Of a stretch of 64,000 nt of DNA, positions 14,166 through 27,131 are shown piece by piece; within the stretch, counting starts at the first letter, position 1, and every line of letters starts with the position of its first letter. The position numbers and the translations under genes were made by a program. The DNA is from Trichinella spiralis (Eukaryota): positions 2,859,493-2,923,492 of the forward strand of contig NW_003526945.1 of assembly GCF_000181795.1 (NCBI RefSeq), given 5' to 3'. The notes beneath the pieces are model-generated. The model was not told the origin of the DNA and made no database searches. It was given only the letters and a program-made list of their open reading frames with translations.

Positions 14166-15264
14166 ATTTAGATAATGCAAGATTTGAATAAATACGAACT
14201 AATAAATCAACGTCAGCTATCTGTTGTTTTACCAGAGTTCAGCTAGTCATAGGTGAACTAATTTTATTTCTGTCGAATGTTTTATCATTTCAATTACCGT
14301 ATTTTCAGCGAAAATTATGTTCTCCAACTACAAAATGTAAACAGCTACGAAATGCGGATTTATTAGTTTTTTTTTCATCTTGAAAATGCCCAATCCTTTA
14401 CGTTATAATACCAATGGCATGTTACTGTATTAGTTTAACTTTTATTTTTTTAATGAAACGAGTAAATGCTAATTACTCATTATTTGCGCACATAGACTTT
14501 TTCTATTTGTTGAAAGATAGAGTTAATTACGTCTTCCTGTATTTGAATTATTAATGCCCAATGTAAGTTTCGGAATACAAATATAGTGCATTTGACAATA
14601 TTGTCATTTGCCATGATGATTAACAATGAAAAGTGTTTAGAGAATACAACAAAACACGATTGCTTTGCATTCTGCATGATCAAATTACGATTAGAGAAAA
14701 GTCTGGATTTTACTAAGATTAATTGAGGACAGTTTTAAGTTAAAACAACGTTAATTCGTGGAATTGCACAAAAAAAAGCTATGCTTGAATTTTGACACTT
14801 AAATTTGTGCAAAAAGCCAAAAATATTATCAACGTACAATAACTTTTGTTTCCACTGTACTACTGTATGTGTGAAACTAGTTTAAGAATTATAATGCAAA
14901 ACTGGACGTAAATTAATTGGAATTTCAAAATTATTTCAATTTTTAATCATTTTTAATTAATTATTAAATACTGCTTTACGTTTCTTGGCAAAATTTTATC
15001 GCATGAAGATGAAAAAATAGTCATGTGCTAAAAGCTGTTAAACACTTTAAAGATATCTATTTGTTTAAATATTTTTTATAAAAAATAATGAAATCAGTAT
15101 TTTTATTAAATTTCTATGTAAAATGAACTGTAATGTAGTATTAGTTTAGTAGATCAGTACCAAATATAATATTTAAGTTGCTTGGCTTACTGTATCTGAG
15201 CGATTCTTCACATTCGTCATTGTGTCGCTTTCTGTGGATCACTTGTTCACTGGTAGCTTTCACT

Positions 15265-18200
15265 ATGTTGTTGACGTTTAAGACTATTACAAACGAATCT
15301 TTTGAGCTGGAAATGAACGAAAATCAAACGGTATGCTTAATTTTTTGCCACAGAGTTGTACGCGTAAATGCTTCTTCATTGAGAATTTTAGTTGCCATTT
15401 AAAACGTGGGTAGTTTTTCTGCGCGTGGTTATTCTGTATTTTACATATTTCAAATTCTCTCTGTACTTATAAATCTCATTTTTAATATTTATTGTACGTA
15501 TCTGTTGTATCGTAGCGTTGTTGCACTCGTTAAATGAGCTGCTAAATAGGGCGAGTATAACTGTTTTCTTTATAGAACCTTATTTAACGGAAAATTACAG
15601 CTTTTGATTTTCTCTTTGACTTTGTGGTATTTTATATTTTTGTTGTTGGTGTAGTTTCAGTTTTTATTCTTTGTTATAAATTTTTTTACCATTTATACTA
15701 AAACGTGAAATGTTGAGCTTTTTTCTGCTGTAATATTTCGTGCTGCGCATATATGTGGTAAATATGTCGTATAATATAAGCAGCATTTTTTAGAATTTAT
15801 TGGTGTTTATTAATAGTTGTACTTTCGACAGTATTCATGGAAGTGTGATAGGAAAATTTTTTTAATCATTATTGTTTATATGGTGGTGAAATTTTAAGAT
15901 TTTTTCGAATAAGTTAAATACAAAGTATTTTCTGTTTGATAAATGTCAAATGGTTTGTCAAATGCATCCTATTTCATTTTCAGTTTTATAGCTCGTATTA
16001 AAGTTTGCCATTTTTAATGTTTTTGAAATTATTTCGGAATTGTTGACTTTATTTCATTTTATTTATTTTGAATTAGAAGGTAAATAAATGACGAAATTTA
16101 CTTTAAGGTCAGAGAACTGAAGCAGAAAATAGAGAAAACAAGAGGTGCCCGCTATGCTAGTGATCTTCAAACATTAATACATGCTGGCAGAGTTTTAAGT
16201 GATGAGCAGACAGTGAAAGATGTCAACTTTGACCCGAAGAAATTCATTGTAGTTGTGGTAAAACCTCCATCGGTATGTTTGATTTCATTGGTTATAATTA
16301 AACCCCAAAGCGTTCGTGATACTTTTCAGTATTTGAAGGTTAAACGCAGTTAAATAAATTATTTTAATAATTTTTTTAATTTATTGCTTTAAGTTTTTGG
16401 TATCTTAATTTAGTTTTCTTGTAAACTTTTATTCTTAATTTTTCAAGATTTTTTTAGTTTTAAAAAAGGTTCATTTCTGTTAGGCGATGTTAACGATTTC
16501 GACGTAATTGAAAATTGATTACTAGCTGTGCTTGAATGCACAGTCATATATGTAATATTTTAAGCTGTAATTGATTATATAATCTACATATGACAGAGTA
16601 ACATTCATTTCATTTTTTTAAGCGATTGATATTGAAACTAATGATTATTGATGTATAGTATAGTATAGTATAGTAAAGATTTGTATAGTAAGATAATGAT
16701 TTTTAAGGTTTAATAAAGCACTTATATAGTAAAGTGTTGTTTTCCTTGACGTACTATTTCTACATGTGTAAATTGTGCAATTTTTTATTTAACTGTATTG
16801 AAAATACAGATTTTGTTAATATATTTTATTTTTTAATGTGTATGAATTTTGTTTAGCCCAAGAAAAGCACTCCTGCTGAAACTAAGAAGAATGATGTGAA
16901 GGTAATTTCATTTCTCTGAAAATTTTGTTTAATAATATTTTTTATAACTTTTAAATGTTTTTGTAACTTTTTCACTTGAATGCTAGGCGACATTTTAATC
17001 TGAACAGTGTTTTGGGCACATACAGTGCAGTACAGTACCGCATCTTCAGGAATATAAGCTGCTGCATTCAGCACAGTAATTGTGAAAATTAATTAGTGAT
17101 TGAATGATTTTGAAGTTCTGTAACATCTAGAAAGTACTGCATTTTCGAGCACTGCCGTTAAATTTCATTTGTTCTGTTGAATGTAGCTTGTGTTCATTAA
17201 GTTTTAGTATGTGTATTAGTTTCTTTCTGAAATCAGTTATACAGCTGTACATTGTGGGGAGAAAGAGAAAAATTAAGCATTATTTCTAATCGACCTTGAA
17301 GATACTTGATTGTTGGGCTTTCTTTTACAGGATACTACTAAAAAGGAGAAACGTGAAGAACCACTCGTTCAGAATAAGACCAAACAAGAGAAATGTGTCG
17401 ATCCAGTTGTGAAGAAAGAAACTAAGCAAGCGAAATGTGCTGATTCAGTGGTGAAGAATGAAATTAAGCAAGTGGAACGTGCTTCTGAAGCGAAAATTGA
17501 TTTGAATAAGGATTCTGGAGGCGAAAAACAATCACAGCCCAGTACTGAAGCAAAATCCATACAACGTAAGGCAGTTCAAGCGGCTAACACTGCGGGAGCT
17601 TCTTCAAATACAGTGTGAGTTCCTTGTTGCTTGATCGATCTTGGATGCTGATATTGAACGTTAAGACATTTTAGGACGGCAAATGATCGTCATGAGACCA
17701 TGGAATTGCAGCTTGACGACAATCTGGTAAATGAACTGTGCATGATGGGTTTCAGAAAAAGCAGTGTGGTGGTAGCATTGAAGATGGCATACAACAATCC
17801 GGATGTGGCAATTGATTATTTGACAAGTGGGGTCGATTTGATACGATTGAAAGAGAGAATTGATAATGAAATTGCACAGTCTCGAACTGTAGGGCAAGAC
17901 GGAGGAAACGAACCAGGTACGTTACAGCATTACTTGTATTTAAATGTTTTGTCAAATGTGATGATTATTTTTATTTTTTGATTTTTATACAGAGTATGAT
18001 GGGATTGCACAACTGAGACATAATCCAGCTATTAAGCAACTTCGATTGGTTGTTCAGCGAGACCCAACAATGCTGCACGATGTGATTATGGAAATTGAGC
18101 GCGCGAATCCAAATATTACAAGAGTTTGAATTTTTTTCTCATTTTCCCCATTATTGTAAGTTTACGATTATTGTTTATTGATGTTAAATTTTAGCTGATT

Positions 18201-18476
18201 CAAGAAAATCAAGAAGCTTTTGTGCAGCTGTTGAATGAACGTGTCGATCAAAATGAACCGATGAAGCAGGAAGTTCAGAAACAGCAACAGCAGCCGCAGC
18301 AGCAGCAGCAGCAACAACAACAACAACCACAACAACAACGACGACGACAGCAGCAACAGCAACAACATCAGCAGCAAGAACAGTCAACTTCTTCTGGAAC
18401 AAGGATCTTTCGAATTCATTTGACTGCAGAAGAGCGGGATGCTGTTGATCGCGTAAGTTGAGCGTCAATTTTGAAT

Positions 18477-18537
<61 letters not shown>

Positions 18538-18726
18538 TACAGTGTCAGGCAGTTATGTCGTTGTTTTTATTTTTATTTATTGATTATTTTTCAGTTAGTA
18601 GCGATGGGCTTTTCTGAAAGTCAAGTTATTGAAGCATACTTTGCTTGTGACAAGAACGAAGCTTTGGCAGCAAATTTTTTGCTTCAGTCATTGGAAGAAG
18701 ATGGCGAATTCCCGTCACGTCTATGA
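15265..18726 (+). CDS. rad-23: RAD23 UV excision repair / ubiquitin shuttle protein (UBL-UBA-XPC-binding-UBA, multi-exon)
   Basis: Exons 15265-15330 and 16108-16272 give a UBL ([16 protein letters not shown]...VRELKQKIE...[13 protein letters not shown]). UBA1 is [29 protein letters not shown], the XPC-binding domain is [18 protein letters not shown]...[15 protein letters not shown], and UBA2 is [30 protein letters not shown]. Stop TGA at 18724-18726. Confidence 0.93.
18282..18377 (+). repeat. CAG/CAA coding repeat (polyglutamine tract in RAD23)
   Basis: Encodes [32 protein letters not shown] within a RAD23 exon. Confidence 0.85.
18480..18531. repeat. (TA)n microsatellite, intronic
   Basis: Seen directly. 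Similar tracts lie at ~2616-2651, ~20679-20731 and ~30091-30132. Confidence 0.95.
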
Positions 18727-19878
18727 ACAGCTGATTTAACAAGTGTTTGGCAGTGTGATTGAGAAAAGTCTTTAAAAATTTTTTTTACTTTTATTTTTAA
18801 CGAACTGTGCATCACCGTGCTTTTTTTTAATTTCAACTTTATAGTGCTAAAACTGTTCGGTTAAAATGCGTCGTTTAATTAATATGTAAATGCTTTTTTC
18901 AGCAGGTTTATATAATTTAGAGCTGAAATTTGATTAATATCGACAGGGTTTGGCTTTTTGAACATTATTTCCTCCTGCCCAATTGTAACGGTAATAGAAA
19001 TGGGAGGATGGAAAACCTTTCCACTTGTGGAGCCGGTGAAGGCATGATGAGTCAGCTTTTGTTTGATTTAATTTAATTTAATTGGAAAATAACAAGAATT
19101 TTCAATTTGCACGTATAGATAAAACTATCTGTCAATATTTACATACCTATTATTTATTATTAATATTATGCCGGATACTGAAAAATTTGCTGTTCGACTG
19201 AATGCGAGAATGTTCGCTTTTTCTATTGGAATATTTAAGGCAGCAGTGATGACTGGACACTGATTAAAGATATATATATATATATATATGTATATGTATA
19301 TGTATAATCTCAACTGTTTTGTTGTATGTATATATTTGGTGAAAAGTTTTTTCGGTTGTTGAACGAATAATTCCAACAAACAACCTGATGAGGATTAAAG
19401 AGGAGGAGGATTTTACAAGCAGAATTAAGGTAAGAAATGATATTGAGAGAATTTTTTTTATTTATTTGCAAGTTTTCAAACAGTGACTTATTTATATTTG
19501 GGCTGATTTTTATTTTTTCTTTTTTATTCATCACAGAAGTAAGCAAGCAGTCAGTCGATGGTTCTGTTAAACATATTGATTGTCCTGATGATAATCAACA
19601 ACAGCATCAGTAACAAACGATGGAGTTGAAGAATAATATAAATTTTAGAAAAGAACAAAAGGAAAATAATAATTCAGCTGAAATTTCAAAATAATCACAA
19701 TCCGAAAGGTTTTGCTTGGGTGGTGCAAAGAAAAAGCACTGAGAATTATGCCGGCAGAGAATGTACTTTCACGAACCACCATGATCAATACAGAAGCGCA
19801 ATTACGACTGTGGCAGATGATTATGAGCAAGTAAAGAAAAAAGAAACGAATAATGATACTAATAATATAAGCTGAACA

Positions 19879-20677
19879 TCATGTGAAAAGCGACGATGGC
19901 GCCAGACCTTCTTTGGTTATTGGCGACGGTGAGAGGTCGCTTTGGCAAAGAAATTTCATAGGAAACAACACCAAATTGCCGTTCAATTGTTCAAGCAGGG
20001 TTCTGGCACGGAGCAGGTCGAACTCGCCCAGGCAAAGCCTCTTCTTGTACTGTTTCAGCTCTACGAAATTTTTCACCGAATTGCTCGGAATGCAGCCAAA
20101 TACCTGACAAACGAGACAAATTCGAAATTACCCCTGAATAATGCGTGCGACCCAAAGAGAAGAGCAAAAAAAACCCTCAACGCACCTTTTCAAAAATGTC
20201 GGCATTGCGTGCAGCTATTTGCTTCCAAGTGGTGAAAAATTCAGTCGACACTGGATCTCTGACGTCGAGTTTGGATTTTCGTTTCGCTGACGTATCCGAC
20301 AATCCGAGATGTTCTGCGAATAGGTCCGTCCGCAGTGAAAACGCGAACCGACCCGCCTGGTACAGTTGGCCGTTCATCGAAGACCTGCTGAATTCACAGT
20401 CTTCGACATAGATGGCCACCTGATGAGTTGCGGGATCAAATGGAATTTATTCATTTTCACACGTTTTACATTCTTATTATTACCTCTGAATCGCGTTTTC
20501 CCAACATTGATCTGTCGTTTATGTTCGCTGAGCCGATGATCGTGAACAAGTCATCAACGATCATCAATTTGCTGTGAATGTAGATAATTTCGCTGACCTG
20601 CAGAAAAATTGACCAAGCTTTAAAACGTGTAAAATTTTGTTTGCATCAAGTTGAGAATTGTACGAACTGTGAACATG

Positions 20678-20734
<57 letters not shown>

Positions 20735-22523
20735 ATTACCAATTTTTCCATCAACGTAGCGTGAGTACGCAACGAACAAAAAACGATATACTCGGATGGA
20801 TCTTCAACTGAAAAGACATTGAAAAAGAAAGTAGAAACAAGTTGGCAAAAATTTTTCCACTGAAATTGTCTCACTGTGCTGGGCCAAGTTGAACAGCAGA
20901 CTATTTGGGCCTTTGCATAATGAACAGTAAGTCCAATGCAACACTGCCTGCAAAGCACTGCCGCCGGTTGTCCCCAGCTGACCTTCGAATCCTGGTAACA
21001 GTGGCATCATCACGTACACACGAAATGTTTCTTTGTCGCTGAAAATGATTTGCATTCAGTTTTTATCCATTCACACAACCATCCCAAATTCAAGCGTGAG
21101 AGAAATTAATTGTAATGATAATCCTTTTGAAAACTGAAACTTAAAAATATTTAAATTGTCATTATTACTGCGATTTGATGAAATATTTTTCAATTTTAGA
21201 ACAAAATTTCAAAAATGCATCAGCTCACTTGTACGCTTGAAGTATTCGATCGTAAAGCGCTTTTGCGATACTATTGTGTACGTCATTCGAGTTGAGCAAC
21301 GATACGAAAAACTGATTCTGGAACCAAAAGAAAAGACCAGTGAAAAAGAAAACGCGAATACTGCATTTCAAACAACCTCAATGTAGATGTAATGTTTGGC
21401 ATTTTTGATCAAATGAACATAAGCACGATGAATGCTATCTTCGACCATGTTGCTGCCGAATGACCACTGACTGCAGCTTCGAATTACCTAAACGAAACAA
21501 CAGTCAACCTAGTACAACTGTTGTTCTCTGACAGTGAGTGATACGGCAACCTGAATGTGACATTTGTAGGCAATTTTATGGAAAATATGTGGCATTTCCA
21601 CTTTTTCGTAAGACTTTGGGATCAAATATGGAATACGCTGGTTGTGCTTTGCTTTTTCTGTCTGCAGTTGTTAAACGATTGTTGAATTTTTGAAATTTTA
21701 AACGAACAAGCAAACAACAACCTTGCAAGCGTTCCAACGTTCTATAAAATGCCGGGCTAAATCTCGTGCAACGCTACAATAGACGACAGCAGCAATATCG
21801 TGCCATGGCATACGTGGTGTTTGACGACGGTCGATGAAATCTGAAAAATTCAAAGCCAAAAATCATTTATTGAAAGCACAGTCGAATGTGCAATTAATTC
21901 TCCACACTCACCGTTGTATGGTAAGTTGATTTCAGTAAAGTCTTTGTAGATGAAATTCGCATAATCTTTGCCAATCCACAACTTGCCACAACCGTACAGA
22001 CCCGGATCAGTGTCATCTTCCATTTGCAAACAAGTTAGCCTTGAAAATAAAGAAAAAACAATACGTCATTCTGCTTTCTTCATCATAAGGTAAATTCATT
22101 ATATTATATCACTCTCTCTCTCTCTCTCTCTACCTTCGTTAAATATTAACTGCTGTACATGCATGCAAAAATATGAATATTCACATATATATACTTTTCC
22201 TCGTAACACATTGCCGCATCGTCGACATTTTCACATTTCAAATCGCCTTCTTCAACCGCTCGGCGTAATTTCATCCAAGGTGCGATTCTCTGAAAAACAG
22301 AACATAATCCACCATGGATCAAGCAAGTATGCAAGTAGAAAAAGAATACTGCAAATAAAGATTTTCTTCGTTTAGCTGTATCATCAACTGTTTCACCATC
22401 GTCTGCAGACAAAACCTGTGAACCTCTCTGTTTGCAGTCAGCAGCGCTGTTACGTTGCATTCGAGATTTATGCTTCAAATCAGATTTGTAAGTATCGAGA
22501 ACAAGTAATGATAAGAATAATTG

Positions 22524-22585
<62 letters not shown>

Positions 22586-25450
22586 TGATGATGATGAATT
22601 TACAATTTCTCCTACTTTCATTAACAGATTTGCAAAATTGGGCAATCCAAAACGGGATGATGAACGCAAGAAACGAACAATTCTTCGTTCACGTTCTTCA
22701 CCTGCAACAACTTCCGGTTCGATTTCCAATTCAGCGCAATGTTTAACAACAACAGCAGAGCTTTCTAAAATCAACACTTATGGTATGAATCATTGACAAT
22801 GAATCGATTTAAACAGATAAAAAAGCACTTTATCTGAATTGCAATTTAGGAAAAAATGTAATCTGCAACAGTTAAGCTTACTTGTGTTATATACTTACGT
22901 TCTGGAGGATTTTCCGCGCTCGGCTGCGAAACCAAACCCGCATTGCACATTTGAACAACGGGCAACATTTTGGACATTGATCGCATGGCCGACATCAGGG
23001 ATTTTTCTTCTGTCAAGCTCGCGTGCCGAGCACTGCCAAAACTGACACTGCCGAAATCGGTAAGTCTAACAAGTGAATCAATCAATCACGTTGAATTGGA
23101 AAAAAAAGCAATCTCTTGCAATTCTAGAAGAACATAATAATGAAACCTGTGCTTGGGATCATCCCAACGACCGTAGCACAAATCGATACCTCCAACGAAT
23201 GCTATGTTCTGATCAATGATCACCAGCTTCTCGTGATGAGCCCACAGAAACACACCACTGCCGGGCAAATGGTCAGGATGACGCATTACCTGAAAGCATT
23301 TTTTCCCAAAGATGAAGAGATAAAAAGCTGAACAACAGCAAGGGCAACCTTGATATTAGCATGGAGTTGTTGCAAAATACGCTTGCTGTAAGCGCTGTTT
23401 ATACCCAACGCAAGTTCCACTTCTTTGTAAAGCAGAACATAAACGCGGATGCCTTCTTCTGCTTTTCTTTTCAAAATTTCGTCAAGCCGCCAACGACGTC
23501 CTGCCGCCGCGGGTCGCTTCAAATAAATTTCCGGACTAAGCCACCATCCGGTTATGAAAATTTGCTCTTTCGCCAATTCTAGCATGTTGGCTAAATTTTC
23601 CATGTACGATTTGCCGTCCACAAACCTGCCCAAGGGATAAATGGAAACAAAAAAGTATAAAATGAAGAAAATCGAATCGTACAGACACACAAAACTAGGA
23701 AAAGAGAAAAAACAGTACCAACGACCGTAAACGTTGCGACGCTTAGGAAACGAGGAACCGAAATCGTGATTCTGCAACCACTGTTTGCCAGAAACTTCGA
23801 TTGCATTTTCCAGAGCGTCTTTCCATTCGATTGCATTTTCTTTGGTTTTCGATTTCAATACCAACGTCCTGGAGAGAGAGAGAGAGAAGGAAGATGATAA
23901 AGCAATGCTTGAAAAAGTTGAACAGATTTTGTAAACCGATTCAAATTTTCAATGATCAAACGAGGCTTTTGGTGCATTTCCAATTTGAAATGAAAACCAG
24001 GATCCAGCAGCATCACCGCTCGCAAATCTTCGCCTTCCGGTTTCACATAGGCCAAATAAGAATCTTTCAAAAACACCCACCTGAAAATAGATGGCTTTGT
24101 TTCGAGATGTTGAATTTTATTCATCTCAACAACAACTGTTTCATCACCATTACCTATACTGCCACGAAGCCATCAATTCTGCACAACATCTCACCACACC
24201 ACCGTAAGTCAGTCGACCGCCGGGACGTTTTTTCAAATAACCTTCTTTATTTTTTCCGCCCAAACCGCTGACAAAGGAAAATCGACTAACTTCAATAAAT
24301 TCTCTCTGAATCGAATTGGAAAATAAGAAAAAACAAAAGTTTCAATCAATCAGTGGAATGTATGCGATCATTTATCGTACCGTTTCTTGGAGATTTCTGT
24401 ACGCCGGCACGTGAAGAACAGCGGACAAATATTTCTCCAAACGTTCCTGAAGTCCGACAACAGCATGCAGCATGAATATATAGATAGTAATTAATTTATT
24501 GAAAACGAACACATTCGAATCCCACCTTTCGATTGTCAGCTCGATTGTGGAGCGGCCAAATTGGGAACGACGGTAAACGGCAGTGCTTTTTCTTCCTCTT
24601 CAAGCTTTTCTCAACTGTTCCATCCGATTTATTGTACTTCAAAGATGCCGTATGCATCACTGCTGTGCCGTTGTCTCCAGTCGGCTGGTCAACTGCGGCA
24701 ATCTGCGACCGATTCTCGTATCCGTATTTCAGCAACACCGGCGACAATTGCTTAATTTTAATAATTTTTCCATCCCGGCTGGCGTCGCGTGGCTGTGCAG
24801 ATGGTGTCGCCACTTCGGTATTTCCACCTTCTCCTCCTCCTCCACGCGAATCGTACTCCAACGAGAGTTGCAACTGGCGACTGAACAGACGGTGCCCGAA
24901 ATGGAACAACCGATGCTAATTTGAAGAAGATGAACACTGAGAATTTTGTGAATTACCGTCGTCGAGTTGTTGGAATCAACGACCTCTTGGCGCGGTAGAG
25001 CAAGATGCGGTTGTGCAAAGAGAAAAAGTCCTTGTATCGGCGGAAAATTGTCCACCGGTATTTGCCATGCTGCAGTTCAATTTTGTAACTGAAAAAAAAT
25101 TTTGGGAAAAGGGATTTTTCTTTGCTTAACAACAACAACTGCTTACACGCGACTGTGAAACGCGTTGAAAATACCACTGCCACCATCTTCGGCTACTTCA
25201 GTTATTTTTGCCGTGATCGGCGTATTGGCCAAGTAACAATCTTGGCTTGTCTGCTTGTCGTACAGAGAAGAGAACATCAGCTTTCCTGAAACGAAAGTTT
25301 TGAAGGAAGAAAAAATATTTTTTTGATTTTTTTTCTTTTAATATTCAAACCATCCTCGCTGGGCGACGACGATTCTTCCAATATTGAACAATCGCACTTT
25401 TCATCATCGGAAGTGGACGTGCTGCTGCTGCTGCAGTCCAGCTCAGACAT
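19879..25450 (-). CDS. pld-1: Phospholipase D1/2-type (PX-PH-HKD-HKD), multi-exon
   Basis: PX region [21 protein letters not shown] and PH region [12 protein letters not shown]. Also FVDGKSYM...[20 protein letters not shown]1 [32 protein letters not shown]2 [30 protein letters not shown], and C-terminus [11 protein letters not shown]...[11 protein letters not shown]. The start [10 protein letters not shown] at 25450 is a manual inference. Confidence 0.93.
22526..22583. repeat. (AAT)n microsatellite, intronic in PLD
   Basis: Seen directly. Confidence 0.95.
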
Positions 25451-27131
25451 TGTGGATTGGATTGGATCAGAAGGTTGATTTTTGATAAAGTTGAAATGGA
25501 AAATTTTCCACCTTCTTCACACCGCAATGCAACAAATTAATAATACAGTAAGCCAGATTGAAGTTTCTTCTTTCGATGAATCAGCTGACCATTTGCAAAA
25601 TATCTACAAAAGTCACAATACACGACGGTTGTATTCAAATGTTTCTTGTGGCGAGTAATTTTTCAAACATTCTATCGAACATAGCGAATCAACATTACAC
25701 AACAACAACAACAATCGTTCCATTTTAGCATTTTTGATCGACGACAAACAAATACAAACCATTCAACAACATTGGAAAATAACAAAACTCACTAATGAGA
25801 ATAATAATAGTCCGAGCGTGCAATTGTACAAACAATCAATTGATCACAAAACAAACCCGATACAGCAAGTTCATAATTGCAAATACATTGAACCCAAATT
25901 ACAACACTGCATTTATTGTCAAATGAACAATAGTCATTCTGCGGATACGTCATCAGCGAGTGCATCATTGTTCCGCATATTTCGGCTGTCAAGCTTTCGC
26001 AGGTGAAATTTTTTTTACAAATTTACCATCTCGACTACGACTACAAATTGAACTCATTGTTGGAAAATTCACTTCGAAACATCAGAACGCGATGCAAAAC
26101 TGACAACCAATTTTTTAACAAATTTCCAAAAACCAATCATTTTTGCACGCTACGTTTTCAAAACAGTTTCTTTTTTTCCACATATGAGCGCAAAATAGAA
26201 AACAATGCTCCAGAACATCTGTGCACATATTTAAATTGCCATGCCACTGAATACATTTTACACAAACAATATGAAATATCTGCCGTCTTTTTTCATTGTA
26301 ATAATTGGTAAAATTGCTCTACTTACGTGGATTGTTCAAGCCGGTTGAACAACCTCAATATTGTCCTGACAGTGCAGATGACACAGCTATCCAAGAAAAT
26401 GCATCCAATTTGCAGTATAATTCTTGTCAGTTATGCGATGAAAATGCTGCCAAACTACGAAACTACAGTATGAAAGCAAATAATAAAGTTGTATCATGAT
26501 TATAGTTTTTTATGGATTGGTAAAAAAATTCTACTTTTTATTCCATTGCACACATTTCAGTAAAACACTTTTCGAAGCGAAGCGTGAGCATGTGAAAATT
26601 GTCATCAGATAATTATTGTGCGCAAAACGACACTTACGCTTGGCGTCAAATTTTTACTGACACCTGTTCACACAGTTTTATTTCATGCGCACTGAAAATA
26701 ATTGCTGATGTTGAAATATGTGTGTTTATGTTGTGTGCGCAGATTTTGCTGGAAGAATTTGCTCATTAATATTATTACCACCACTGATAGATTGATAAAG
26801 ATGCGGAAATACTGCAAAACTGTCAAAATTATAAAAAAAAGTTTTCAAAAATCAGCTGATACTGAAAATCAAATTAAAATAAACATCAGTATTATAAATA
26901 ATATTTTTTGTGCATTTATTTTGACTAATTCAAGAATAAAATGATTAGGAGTGTTTAAATTTTGAATACTGTCATATTTAGTAAACATTTTTGTAAATTT
27001 GTACTTGAGTACTTTTGTAGAGTGTAATACTGACGGAAGAGAAAATTTTTCGTTTGAATAATTTCAAAAAATGGATGTGTTTTTAGCTGTACTTTTTTTT
27101 AACTGAAGATGAATTATAACTGTTTTTTTAG

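Noticed and set aside
18168..18468. Antisense poly-Leu and poly-Val/Ala ORFs, and similar poly-I/Y/N ORFs at 22521 and 58757
   Set aside because: Artefacts of CAG/CAA, AAT and ATT microsatellites.
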